A stretch of DNA of 64,000 nucleotides, from assembly GCA_040954595.2 (NCBI GenBank), contig CM082592.2, positions 4,046,735 through 4,110,734 on the forward strand, in the 5' to 3' direction. This DNA is from Balanoglossus misakiensis (lineage: Eukaryota; Animalia; Hemichordata). Under the pieces are notes generated by a model. That model was given only the letters and a program-made list of their open reading frames with translations, was not told where the DNA came from and ran no database searches. Position 1 is the first letter of the stretch, and each line of letters starts with the position of its first letter. This document shows positions 26,598 through 36,566 of this stretch, one piece after another. The translations under genes and the position numbers were made by a program.

Positions 26598-27339
26598 GTA
26601 GGTTTTTGTGTATAGGTGTTACACCCCCCTGGGCATGAGTCACAGTGTAGGTGTCACACCCCCTGTTGCCGTCGCAGAAGCATTTTGTGAATGGAATCAT
26701 TTGCGTGCAAAGTGGTAGGTCAGTGAGTGCTGTTATGAATTGGTTTGATTCTGTGCATTTATAGCATACCATAAAGATCTTGAAATTATTATTATTTTAT
26801 TATTAAATCTTTATTTCGGACTATAAACGTGTCTATATAGAAATGATTACAGATGAGAAAAATAAGTGTATTGTACATGTATATGTGTACTTAATCAATC
26901 TTGCAACCTCTTGGCAGTGCACTTGAAATTCAGTATACACAAAAATTTTAAAGGTAAAAAGATTGGAATGGCCTGAATACATTCTCGGCCAGAAAATGAC
27001 TTCAGTGTTAGAAGTATTTAATGGCACGTCAAGTTGCTTATCGATATATGTCAGTACATGTATTATTATTGAGGAGATTTTCTTTTGAGATAATCTCAGA
27101 TTTGCTTCTTTCAATGTGAACTTCTTTAAATGACTGTCCTCTTTCTTTCGTTTTCTTTATTTCTCGTAATTATCTGGTAAACTTTAATACCGTATGTTCC
27201 ATTAACATGTTAATGTTAAAAAGGGACCTTGATGCACGTCCATGTTGTCAGTTTCACCACACGTAAAGTGAAGGCAAATGTCAAATCTCTGGGGCCGGCC
27301 CCCTGATCCGTTGTTTCGTTGTTCATTCCGTCATTCCAG

Positions 27340-27423
27340 GAGGCTGATCTGAAACGTCAGAGAGTGCAGCTGGAACGAGGAAAAGCGGCACAAATGGAAG
27401 CCTTGCGAGACAGGCTGGTCAAA
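27340..27423 (+). CDS. Exon (EADLKRQR...DRLVK)
   Basis: Acceptor tcattccAG, donor GTGAGC; 84 nt, phase 0-0. Confidence 0.85.
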
Positions 27424-28324
27424 GTGAGCATCAATCCTCTTCAACCCTTAGCCACCCCTATGCACACACTCCAATTGGAATGATCCCCCACTGCGTTTCA
27501 GTTGTTGATCAGTCCATTTCTGTGAACAGGGGTGCAAGACTGGAAATTCGGACAATTTTAAATCTTCTTCTAAGTGCATGAAGTTGGACTAAAAACCAAA
27601 TTGTCACTCTTTCTCAGTTATCCAAATCTTGTCTCAGCTAGAATAACAATAACTAAATATTTGTCTAATTCAATTTTTTATAATCGAGTTGCATCAGGAA
27701 AATAACGTTAATACATTGATGCATGTGGGACAGGCACTCACTAATTGACGAATTCGATCTGGAAAATAATATCTACATTGACCCCTATAATATTTGGGAA
27801 GTAACTGCACTGTTGATCTGTCATTGTTTCACATGGACTTGTTCACATTCACAGCACTAAATAATTTACACTTATCTCTTAAAGGGGAGAATAATGTTCA
27901 TATTGACATTCCTTGAGGGTACGATGATATTTTTTGTCCAGTTTCATGCTGATCATTCTGATGAAATGCGTTTTGCCTTCAGCGTTTGGGTTGGATTGTT
28001 TTCAAAAATTAATGTTGTTTTTTCAAGAATTGAAATTTCATTGAAATTATAACCAGTTCCCACACTGTTGAAATATCTGCTGTGGAGGACAACATTTTCA
28101 TTTTGTTATTCAGGCAGAAGTTTACTTTTTCATTAGACTCTACCTGGAAAAAAAACACACATATGAAATGCGATAATTTTTCAGCCCATTTCCCAGTATA
28201 GAGACTCAATTTTACCACAGAAAGCAAGAAGAGTGCACAGTAAATTGTCCAGACTGCGAGATGATTCAGCATCATTGCTGCACCGAGATCAGAAGTGAAC
28301 GTGTTGTACAAACTCGTCTTGCAG

Positions 28325-28512
28325 GAACACCTGGAAGAGCTGAACAAACTCCAGAAAGCGGTCAGCAAGGACGATGCCACGCTGCACCAAGAACTGCGGC
28401 ACAAGGACGGCGAGCTGAAGGAGATCGCCAAGAACATGAACCAGTGGAAGGAGGAGACAGCTCAGAAGATGGCCAGGAAGTTTGAGGAAGAGCTGAACAG
28501 AGAGTTAGACAG
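28325..28512 (+). CDS. Coiled-coil exon (EHLEELNK...NRELD)
   Basis: Acceptor gtcttgcAG, donor GTATTG; phase 0-2. Confidence 0.9.
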
Positions 28513-28530
28513 GTATTGGCGTAAACACCA

Positions 28531-28702
28531 ATTATTCATTTTTAGCGAGTTTTTAACTCTTGTATCTACAAGTGGGATGGAAGGTGTGTGTGGTTGAACG
28601 TTCATTCACTATATATCCACATGTACATTAACATAAACGGTGTCTTGTATCAAACATAATGAATGGAAAAAAGGCAACGAGAGAGAGACTTTGAACCTTT
28701 AA
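28531..28702 (+). mobile_element. Right half of the palindromic TTAA-flanked MITE
   Basis: Ends GAGAGAGAGACTTTGAACCTTTAA; reverse complement of 25439-25610 with scattered mismatches. Confidence 0.85.
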
Positions 28703-28734
28703 TCGTTCATTCTTTTCTGCTCTGGTACATGTAG

Positions 28735-28843
28735 GCGTATGAAAGAACAGTCCAAGACAATGGTGCTATCCTACAAGAATCGTTTAGCGGAACAGCAGAG
28801 ACAGATTGAACGACAGGACAGAGAACTCAGAAAACTGAATGCG
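28735..28843 (+). CDS. Exon (RMKEQSKT...RKLNA)
   Basis: Acceptor acatgtAG, donor GTAGGT; phase 2-0. Confidence 0.85.
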
Positions 28844-29432
28844 GTAGGTTGAGCGACATTCTGTCGCTAAACAAAGTTTTGTTGTTGTAACTGTACATTT
28901 GTTTGTGGTTCCTGTCACCGTGTCGTCTACATTTTGCCACAAAAATTTCCTAGTATATTTTTTCAAATTTACCCATATCTGATTTCACATGTGATCTTTA
29001 AAAAATCATATATGTGTTTGTTATGAAATAAATGACAAGTATAGAGTCACTTGTTAGAAATGTTTAGTTTTAAGATGTTCATCAAGGGAATTCTGCAACA
29101 AAAGGTCGCCTTCATGTCATTCATTTCATTAATTTGTTATACTGCTGGAGGTTAAAGGTTACCATGGCAAATTGAGATCTAGCCAATCACAGATTTTAAG
29201 TGGGTGGCACACGCGAAAAAAAGAGCACCACCATATGTTCTTTAGAAGACTCAGATACGCCATTTCAGCCATATATGGACGTATGTAAATTGGAGGTGAC
29301 CGTATACCTTTAACTGAGTGGGTGTGTTGTTACAATGGTAATGCAACAGAACAACACAAAGCTGAAATTTCTTCGAGTCAAACACATGCATCTGGTATCT
29401 TACATGTACTTATGATATTTTCTTTTCCCCAG

Positions 29433-29636
29433 GAGAAGCACTCTGCCAGTGTGGACTCGCCATCGCAGAGCAGCGACGCCAGCACCATCCGACTGATGCG
29501 CCACTTGCAGGAGAGGGTCAAGCACCTGAGGGAGGAGAACTTGGCGCTTCGTCGCTCGGCGCAGAACATCAGTTTCCATAGCGATAGCGGCACCATGGAT
29601 GACACAACACCGCTGGCATCGTCCGGAGTGGAAAAT
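29433..29636 (+). CDS. Exon (EKHSASVD...SGVEN)
   Basis: Acceptor ttttccccAG, donor GTAAGC; phase 0-0. Confidence 0.9.
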
Positions 29637-30226
29637 GTAAGCCGAAATGAAACTCATTGACCAATCAACTGGGGTAGATTAAGCTCCTTGAGGGGTATTA
29701 AACAGTCCAAGAAAGAATTTTAAGAATTGGTTCATGAAAATCATTGCTCCTACCCTCGCAGATTTGGAATTTTAATTGTATGTCAGCGACAACAGTAAAA
29801 AGTTCCATACTGCAAAATTTCCTATTTCTTAAATTTCTTGGTATGTGCGATTTTTCCCATCAACATTATTGAATAATTCAAAATACACAGTGGTTTAATC
29901 TGCAGTGCAGATCTGTGCCGTATTATTTGTACATTCTCATGAATATTTATTGTGATGTCGTGGGGTTGGGAGTGCTTAAAGGTGGGAAATGTCCAGTGGG
30001 TAAGGAATATCACCAGCTTAGTTTAATCCTGCACAGTGATGCACCCTTTCATTAATGCTAGCGCCCTCTCGCGGCCATCATGAATTTGAAACACCTTTGA
30101 TGTGATTGGTCAAAATTTCCCCATTGGCCTCGCTTTGAGTTTTAATGGCTGCTAGACTTATGAAAAGGGTGAATATTGATAGTTCAAATTTTTTACTGAT
30201 CATCTTTCTTTGTCGCCTTCTGACAG

Positions 30227-30400
30227 AGCGAGTCAGGAAGCTACAGTACCTACTCTTCGTCCAAGTTGGAAGGCAGAGTACGCAAGTTAGAGAGGCAACT
30301 CAACGATGCTGAGCATCAGTCCAGGGAAAACAAGGACCTGCTGAACAACAAAATGACGGAAATTGAAAAACTGCAGAGTGCGCTGACCCATCAGACCAAG
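30227..30400 (+). CDS. Exon (SESGSYST...THQTK)
   Basis: Acceptor ttctgacAG, donor GTAGGC; 174 nt, open frame, phase 0-0. Confidence 0.9.
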
Positions 30401-30557
30401 GTAGGCAAGACACATTTTATCAATTTTGCTCTTGCTAACGTGTGACCATCAAAAGTTAAAGGTATGCCGGGGTGTAAATTATGCTTGGAGCAGACATTTC
30501 CTGTTTTTCAGTGGAACGCAGTTTCACAGTTTGAGGATTTGTTTGCTCGCATTTTTT

Positions 30558-30650
30558 TTAACCCTTTCAACACCATGATCCGGTCCATATCCATTGTTTT
30601 CTATGGTAAGATTTGACCTCTAAAGAGGGAACTGGGGGTGAAAGGGTTAA
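30558..30650. mobile_element. Short piggyBac-like MITE (TTAA-CCCTTTCA...TGAAAGGG-TTAA)
   Basis: Terminal inverted repeat with TTAA on both sides; diverged copies in the opposite orientation at about 16251-16329 and 40244-40339. Confidence 0.7.
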
Positions 30651-30795
30651 AGATTAATTGCATGAATCAGAATTGGGAGAAAAATTGGTTCATAATGTCG
30701 ACATATACGAAACCACTGCTGCAGGATTATACGCACTCCACTTTCGATCGTCAGTTCTCTAAACGTATCATCTTTTTTCGCTTCAATCCAAACAG

Positions 30796-30864
30796 GAACT
30801 GATGAAACTTGAAAGGGCGTACGCAAAAGTCCAGTCGGAGCTTGCAACGTCATCCATGCGGTAG
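30796..30864 (+). CDS. Last coding exon (ELMKLERAYAKVQSELATSSMR*)
   Basis: Acceptor atccaaacAG, phase 0, TAG at 30862-30864. Confidence 0.85.
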   Translation, partial: ELMKLERAYAKVQSELATSSMR

Positions 30865-31090
30865 CAGGAGCAATAATCGCAAAAAAAATGAGGGACACCC
30901 AAAACAGCCGAGGCAGTATTATCACAACTCCCATCCCGTTTTTCACACTCTGCCGTCTATCCATAATGGTACAGCCCTGAAATCATGTGAGAATCATTAG
31001 CCAATCAGTGACCAGGATACGCAGTTCATGACCCTGAGAGGACAGCATTTACAGGATTTGCACATTTCAGTTGAATTTTGTTGTTAAGGC

Positions 31091-31272
31091 TAGTCTTGGT
31101 TTCCCAGACTCTTCTGCTTCTTCCGTTGCCCTCCGGAAAGAGGGTCTGCCGTCATGCATTACTTTTGCCTCGAGTCGGCCATCTTTGCCCGGTGATTGTT
31201 CTATAGTATTTCCCCGGACCCTATTTCTGGAGGGCAACAGAAGAAGCAGAGGAGTCTGGGTAACCGAGACTA
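31091..31272. mobile_element. TA-bounded MITE in the probable 3' UTR (duplicate at 36723-36894)
   Basis: Imperfect inverted ends of about 33 bp: TAGTCTTGGTTTCCCAGACTCTTCTGCTTCTTC and GAAGAAGCAGAGGAGTCTGGGTAACCGAGACTA. Confidence 0.7.
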
Positions 31273-33870
31273 TTGTAAAAGCACGAACGTCATGAAAACA
31301 CATCAAAAATATTTGCCAACATTAGCGGTATGTTTACGTTGACACACACACACACATAGTATTTTGTTATTCATTCGACCCATGTCTAGTATAATTTGTT
31401 CATGTCACAAGCAGGTCAAAGGTCAAATCAGATCTAATCCAAGAAATTGCCAACTTGATCAATATTTCACATCAATAAATTATCAAAGTATAGTCTTAAA
31501 GGGAAGGGGTTGTCGCGCTGCGTGGGTGTCCCCCTTGATGAGAATATGCCCTCCCGGCATACCAGCACAAACTTCACTGCAGTTACCCCGATCTACTAGG
31601 ATCTTCAGTTGCTGTCATGCCCAGTCTACGCTATGGTTGGCTGCTTCCTTCATTCTAAGAATTATCTAATTTCAGGGATTTGTGGATGAATTGTAATGTT
31701 TTTAAATGTGGCGCGACGACTGCTTCCCTTTATTACACGGGTCAGGCTTGGCATGCACACTTCACAGTTCAAAACATATTTGTCGAAACTCTTTTTTTTT
31801 CTCATAATTTTGCTGTTTGATGTACATTTTGGTTTCATACAATTTTCGTTTGTCCATGTTTTCTCCATGTGCAGCCAAAAGTGTCTGTTTCACAAGCTTA
31901 CACATATGTACATATCCAAATTCACGGTCAGTGTCAAAGCTGAAAGCTCACCTTCCACAGTTATAACTTATTGAGAACTACAGCACCCACAAAATCACAA
32001 TTTTTACTGAATTTGATGAAACGTCCGCAAAGCAGTCACGCAAAAGTTATGTTATTATTTTTGTTTGGTTTTGTCTTTGTATTAGAATTATTTTTTGTGA
32101 TGTGTGCATACAATATGTAAGTTTTTTTTTCATTTTTGTTTCATTGTTATTGACAAGACCTCAAGTTGCCAAGTATGATTTTGTGTCTCAGGGGAAGCTT
32201 ATGGATTTTTTTTAATTTTTGGAGTGGGGGGGGGGGGGGGGGGGGGGAGTTCTTAAACTCTAAACATGTATCTTTTACTCGTCAACATATAGAATATGCA
32301 TTATGTTGCGTGAAGTTTATCAGTGTTGTTGGGTTGTGTAACAGCGCCACCTCGTGTTGAGCGATCGGGTCTTTTGTTTTCATGCAACTGTATTCTGATT
32401 GTTGAATCCGCCTTACTGTGACTAGTGTTTTGTATGATCGTGAAAATCTATGCATTGGGTAAGAAAAAGGTTTGTTTAAAGTCTGGCATGTTTCTACAAC
32501 CAGCGTGTATACCTTTTCTACCATTTGTCAAAATAGTGGACTTGTATGTTGTCAGGAGCAATAACTTCACCTGTTGTAGTGGACGGGACAGTCTGCAGCC
32601 ATGGAAATGTTTTTTTTCCGCCGTCCTGTCACGTGCTGCAGAACCCGCGTTTATGAACATAGCCTACATTTCTGTTGGTGGTCTGTTTCCAGATGGGAGC
32701 ATGCTTGGTTGCAATTGCCGAGTTGTGAAAAAGTGACAAAATCAGACAAATATACAACGATGTCGCACTGTACTCGTATAGGAAAAACAACAGTTACTTC
32801 ACGCGACCGTCTCTAGGGGGCGCTGCACTGACGTTCCTTCTTTGATCACTGAAATGATGGGGAGAGGTCTGATGACCCAAGCTTTAATGCCTTAACGCTC
32901 ATTTTTATCTAACACAACTCCATGTATTATTATATATATGTTATATTCGAAATCAAAACCAGTATTTTTACGACTACTTAATATTTTGTTTTGCCTTTGG
33001 GTTTCAATAATATCCCCTGAAAAAATATAGTGTGTGTACGTATATCTCAAATCAGGAAACGTGGGAGTGATTTTATGTCATGTATATGGATTATTCTCTG
33101 AGTACTACTTCTTCTTAACTCTGCAAATATAAAAAATAACTTGTATAATTCAGAGTAATTATAATATTGTACAAAATGTTCAAACCTTGTATATTTTTTA
33201 TCCTCTTGAATGAAATAATTCAAATTGAATATAAAGCAATGAAATTCTGTCTATTTTGAAATGAACTTATATGAGTGTCTGAGTAATGTACCACTAATGC
33301 TTTCGGAAAATGGAAAACTCCTTATTTTTTATCGTGGAGGTTGTAGAATAAGAATTTTATGGATTGTAGAAATAAAAATAATGAAAGATTTTGGAATGAT
33401 TTAATTTGTTTCATTTGTTTGTTTGTTTGTTTGTTTGTTTGTTTGTTTGTTTGTTTGTTTGTTTGTACAATGAAAAACTGATTAAGCTGCAAAGAATGGA
33501 TATGCCTTGTATCAGCGCTTGACTTGTTAAACTTGCAACAATTTATACAATGACAGTTTCTTTTCAACTGAGATTGACAATTCATACAGTCACTCCGTTT
33601 CTTCCCAACTGAGACTGGCTACAATAATCATATACAGAATAACACGTTTCAAGGGTATTGCAATTCTCAATATTTTATTACCTTTTCACCAAACAATCTG
33701 TGACAAGATTATTGGTAGTTCTAAGGAAGACCGGGAACCCATTTCAAAGAACAAAGAGATAATATAGATGACATCATTGCTGTAAGCATTATTCGTCTAA
33801 TTCAACAATAATAATATGACAAATATGTAGGATGTCGAACACCTGGTGTAATGATCATCATTGACAATCA

Positions 33871-33982
33871 TCAAATTCTTCTAGGTCCTCGACCCTCCAT
33901 TTCCCGTCCTTTCATCTCAGCCATTTCAATCTCCAAACTTTCAGATTCTGCACTCTCCAATGACCTGTCTTCTAATCGGTCC
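33871..33982 (-). CDS. Secreted peptide precursor A, last coding exon (acidic: DRLEDRSLESAESESLEIEMAEMKGREMEGRGPRRI*)
   Basis: Minus-strand acceptor ctctttaatAG, phase 2, TGA at 33873-33871. AATAAA on the minus strand at 33679-33674. Homologous exon at 39719-39821. Confidence 0.75.
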
Positions 33983-34606
33983 CTATTAAAGAGTGGACAT
34001 TGAAACAAGTCAAAGTGACATATTTCTTAGCAGTCAGTAAATGCTGAGGTACAATATAGCCTTTATACCAGTCAATAATGGGTCTAGGAACAACAAACCA
34101 ACGCCAGCTACATTGACAACTGTATGTGTTTAACACATGAAAAATGTGCTTTAAATTTTGATTGTGCACCAGCCGTCGGTCTATATACCATTGCAATTTA
34201 AAGTGTCTCAAATAGTAACTCCTTGCTTTTTGGTATACCAGGAAACATAGCAATGACGATTTCGTGAAGTAAAGGAATATCTGTAAAGTTAACGTTGTGC
34301 AGGTATCAAAGAAACCCTTCAGACTAACCCCCCAACAGTTGCATACATATATCCGTGATATAATGTAGATACCTGAAAGTGCTAATTAGAATAGAGACGT
34401 AAATCTGTTATGTTAGTCCTTATTTATGCAAATAGTATTAACGGGCATTCTTTTATTATTATTATTTTGATAGTGATGTATTGTATTGTATATATGGCAT
34501 ATCGTCGTTCTTGCCCTGTGTAATCGGGGAAATAATATTCACAATAAATAATTAGGAACATTTTTTGCGTGCGTTTACATAGGTTTATTAATTGGCATCT
34601 GCTCAC

Positions 34607-34731
34607 ATGGTTTCCTGCACATCACGGTTTGAATGTCTCCGACGCCCGTACATGCCGTGTACATCATCGGGCTTTAAGAGAGCCAACATCAGAGCCAGGC
34701 AGAGAAGGACAACAATACCCGTTTTCTTCAT
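34607..34731 (-). CDS. Secreted peptide precursor A, first coding exon (MKKTGIVVLLCLALMLALLKPDDVHGMYGRRRHSNRDVQET)
   Basis: Signal-peptide-like N-terminus after aaagATG. Donor GTGAGC at 34606. Upstream acceptor ctcctccAG (exon starts at 34764) and a 5' UTR exon donor GTGAGT at 35291. Confidence 0.8.
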
Positions 34732-35136
34732 CTTTACAGTTCGGAGGTCAAATGCTCTGATTATCTGGAGGAGAATCGTCAGGAGTTTGTGTGCGTCATA
34801 TGAGATGACACCGCTGTCATCGATATCGTTTATGTGACTGATATAATGTGATACACGTATCAATATAACGGACAGCCTTATTGTTTGACTATACGTGTAC
34901 TCAGCACTCTTCCTATGTAGAAAGAATACGAAAACAACAAAGTTCATTTTGAAATGGAATAATTTCTATTATATTATACCAGTATATTGATGGTGTAAAT
35001 CACGCTATTTGATTGGTCGAGACACGACACGTGACCGTGATATATTAGCCATATACCACAGTCATATATCATAGTCAAAGAAAATGCCTTTTTAAAATGT
35101 TTTATGCAAAGTTTCAATATACTGGCATAATATAAT

Positions 35137-35279
35137 AGCAATAAAACACCCCCGACCATGGTATACCACTCGATTTTGACCAGTTCAACTCCATATACGC
35201 ACTCGCTATCGCTCGTGCGTATATGTCGTGAACTGGTCAAAATCTCGTGGTATACCATGGCTGGGGGTGTTTTATTGCT
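35137..35279. mobile_element. Palindromic non-autonomous element in intron 1 of peptide gene A
   Basis: AGCAATAAAACACCCCCGACCATGGTATACCAC... pairs with ...GTGGTATACCATGGCTGGGGGTGTTTTATTGCT around the core CACTCGCTATCGCTCGTG; absent from the equivalent intron in unit 2. Confidence 0.7.
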
Positions 35280-36094
35280 TAAGTAACTCACCGTTCTTCT
35301 TGTAAGAGCTCGTCAGTCGTCAGCTTCACGATTGGCACAATGTGTGAAAGTAAGCTTGACCAAAGGCATTCCGCTGCATACATGTCACAACAAAACTGTA
35401 CATCACTTTTATGCAAAAATTGATAATTATGCGGGAACGTTCGTATTTCCGCAAGAAGTGTTCATAAAAGCATCTCCGTAAAATTTCTTGTGTTGTCTTT
35501 GCCATATTGAAACAATGTCGACTATATCTTCATTGACATTGATTTCAAAACAAAATATATTTTTTATTCAAACTCACGACATACACAGAAAAAGTGGTTT
35601 CGCTATTTCTGGATTTCGCTATATGCTTTGTGCGGTGGCGCAAGTTCTCAATTCTATTTTTCGATAATGTGTTGCTCACATCCTTATATAAATGTGTTTC
35701 GAGAGAGAATGTTTTCATCCTGGACATTCGATGTTAATTAAATACTATTTAAAGAACATTGCAAGATTAATGCCTAATTCTGAAATGTTGGTGCAATTCA
35801 AAGAGATGCGAGTTGTACTGTACATTGGCGGTTCTGATTGACAGTTACCCCTTTCAAGCTTTTTGTATGGAAAGCCGTGCCACATCATGTATCCGACATG
35901 CTCGAATCTATTCACAACGGCTGATTGATCAGAACTCGCGATCGTTTGCCAAGGGGCTTATATGTTTTTCATACACGCAAGGCGTCCCTGGCATCTCTAG
36001 CTCTGCCCTCTACGTCGGAATTGAAACGAGTGAATACCAAAGCCACAATGTCAACCTTCTTCATCTTTGAAGTTAAAAAGTCAAAAGTAGACAC

Positions 36095-36566
36095 AATCAT
36101 CAAAAAATGACAATTTTCCGACTTTGCGAAACTTCTTCATTTTTTGAAAAAAATCAAGGGTTATAGCTGATGAAAATCATCAAAAAATGACGATTTTCCG
36201 ACTTTGCGGATTATCAAAATTTCTTCACTTTTTGACAAAAATCATGGGTTATAGCTCATGAAAATCATCCAAAAATGACAATTTTTCGACTTTGCGGATT
36301 ATCAAAATTTCTTCACTTTTTGACAAAAATCATGGGCTATAGCACATGAAAATCATCAAAAAATGACGATTTTCCGACTTTGCGAAACTTCAACATTTCT
36401 TCATTTTTTGAAAAAAATCATGGGTTATAGCTCATGAAAATCATCAAAAAATGACGATTTTTCGACTCTGCGAAATTTCGAAATTTCTTCATTTTTTGAA
36501 AAAAATCATGGGTTATAGCTCATGAAAATCATCAAAAAATGACGATTTTCCTACTTTGCGAAACTT
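36095..36566 (+). repeat. Short array (about 5 copies) of the 88-bp satellite
   Basis: Same monomer and same left junction as the 14-kb array. Confidence 0.95.

Larger units (their letters stand above)
30934..36565 (+). repeat. Tandem segmental duplication, unit 1 (3' UTR region, peptide gene, short satellite)
   Basis: Sequence from tcccgtttttcacactctgccgtc (30934) recurs at 36566; the units are collinear through to the satellite junction gtagacacaatcatc. Confidence 0.9.

Noticed and set aside
32225-32248. Poly-G tracts (also about 11603 and 37839) as G-quadruplex elements
   Set aside because: Simple homopolymers whose length differs between the duplicates; no functional evidence
31067-33585. 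Short ORFs conserved between the duplicated units (e.g. 31696 and 37315)
   Set aside because: Conservation reflects the recent duplication; the copies are frameshifted relative to each other and lie in probable 3' UTR
34603-34947. 114-aa minus-strand ORF as a single-exon gene
   Set aside because: Only the last ~42 codons are exon; the upstream part crosses an acceptor at 34765 and the stop lies in the GTGAG donor
35813-36110. 85-aa and 61-aa ORFs repeated at 42455-42752
   Set aside because: Overlapping frames, no recognisable domain or splice signals; explained by the near-identical duplication
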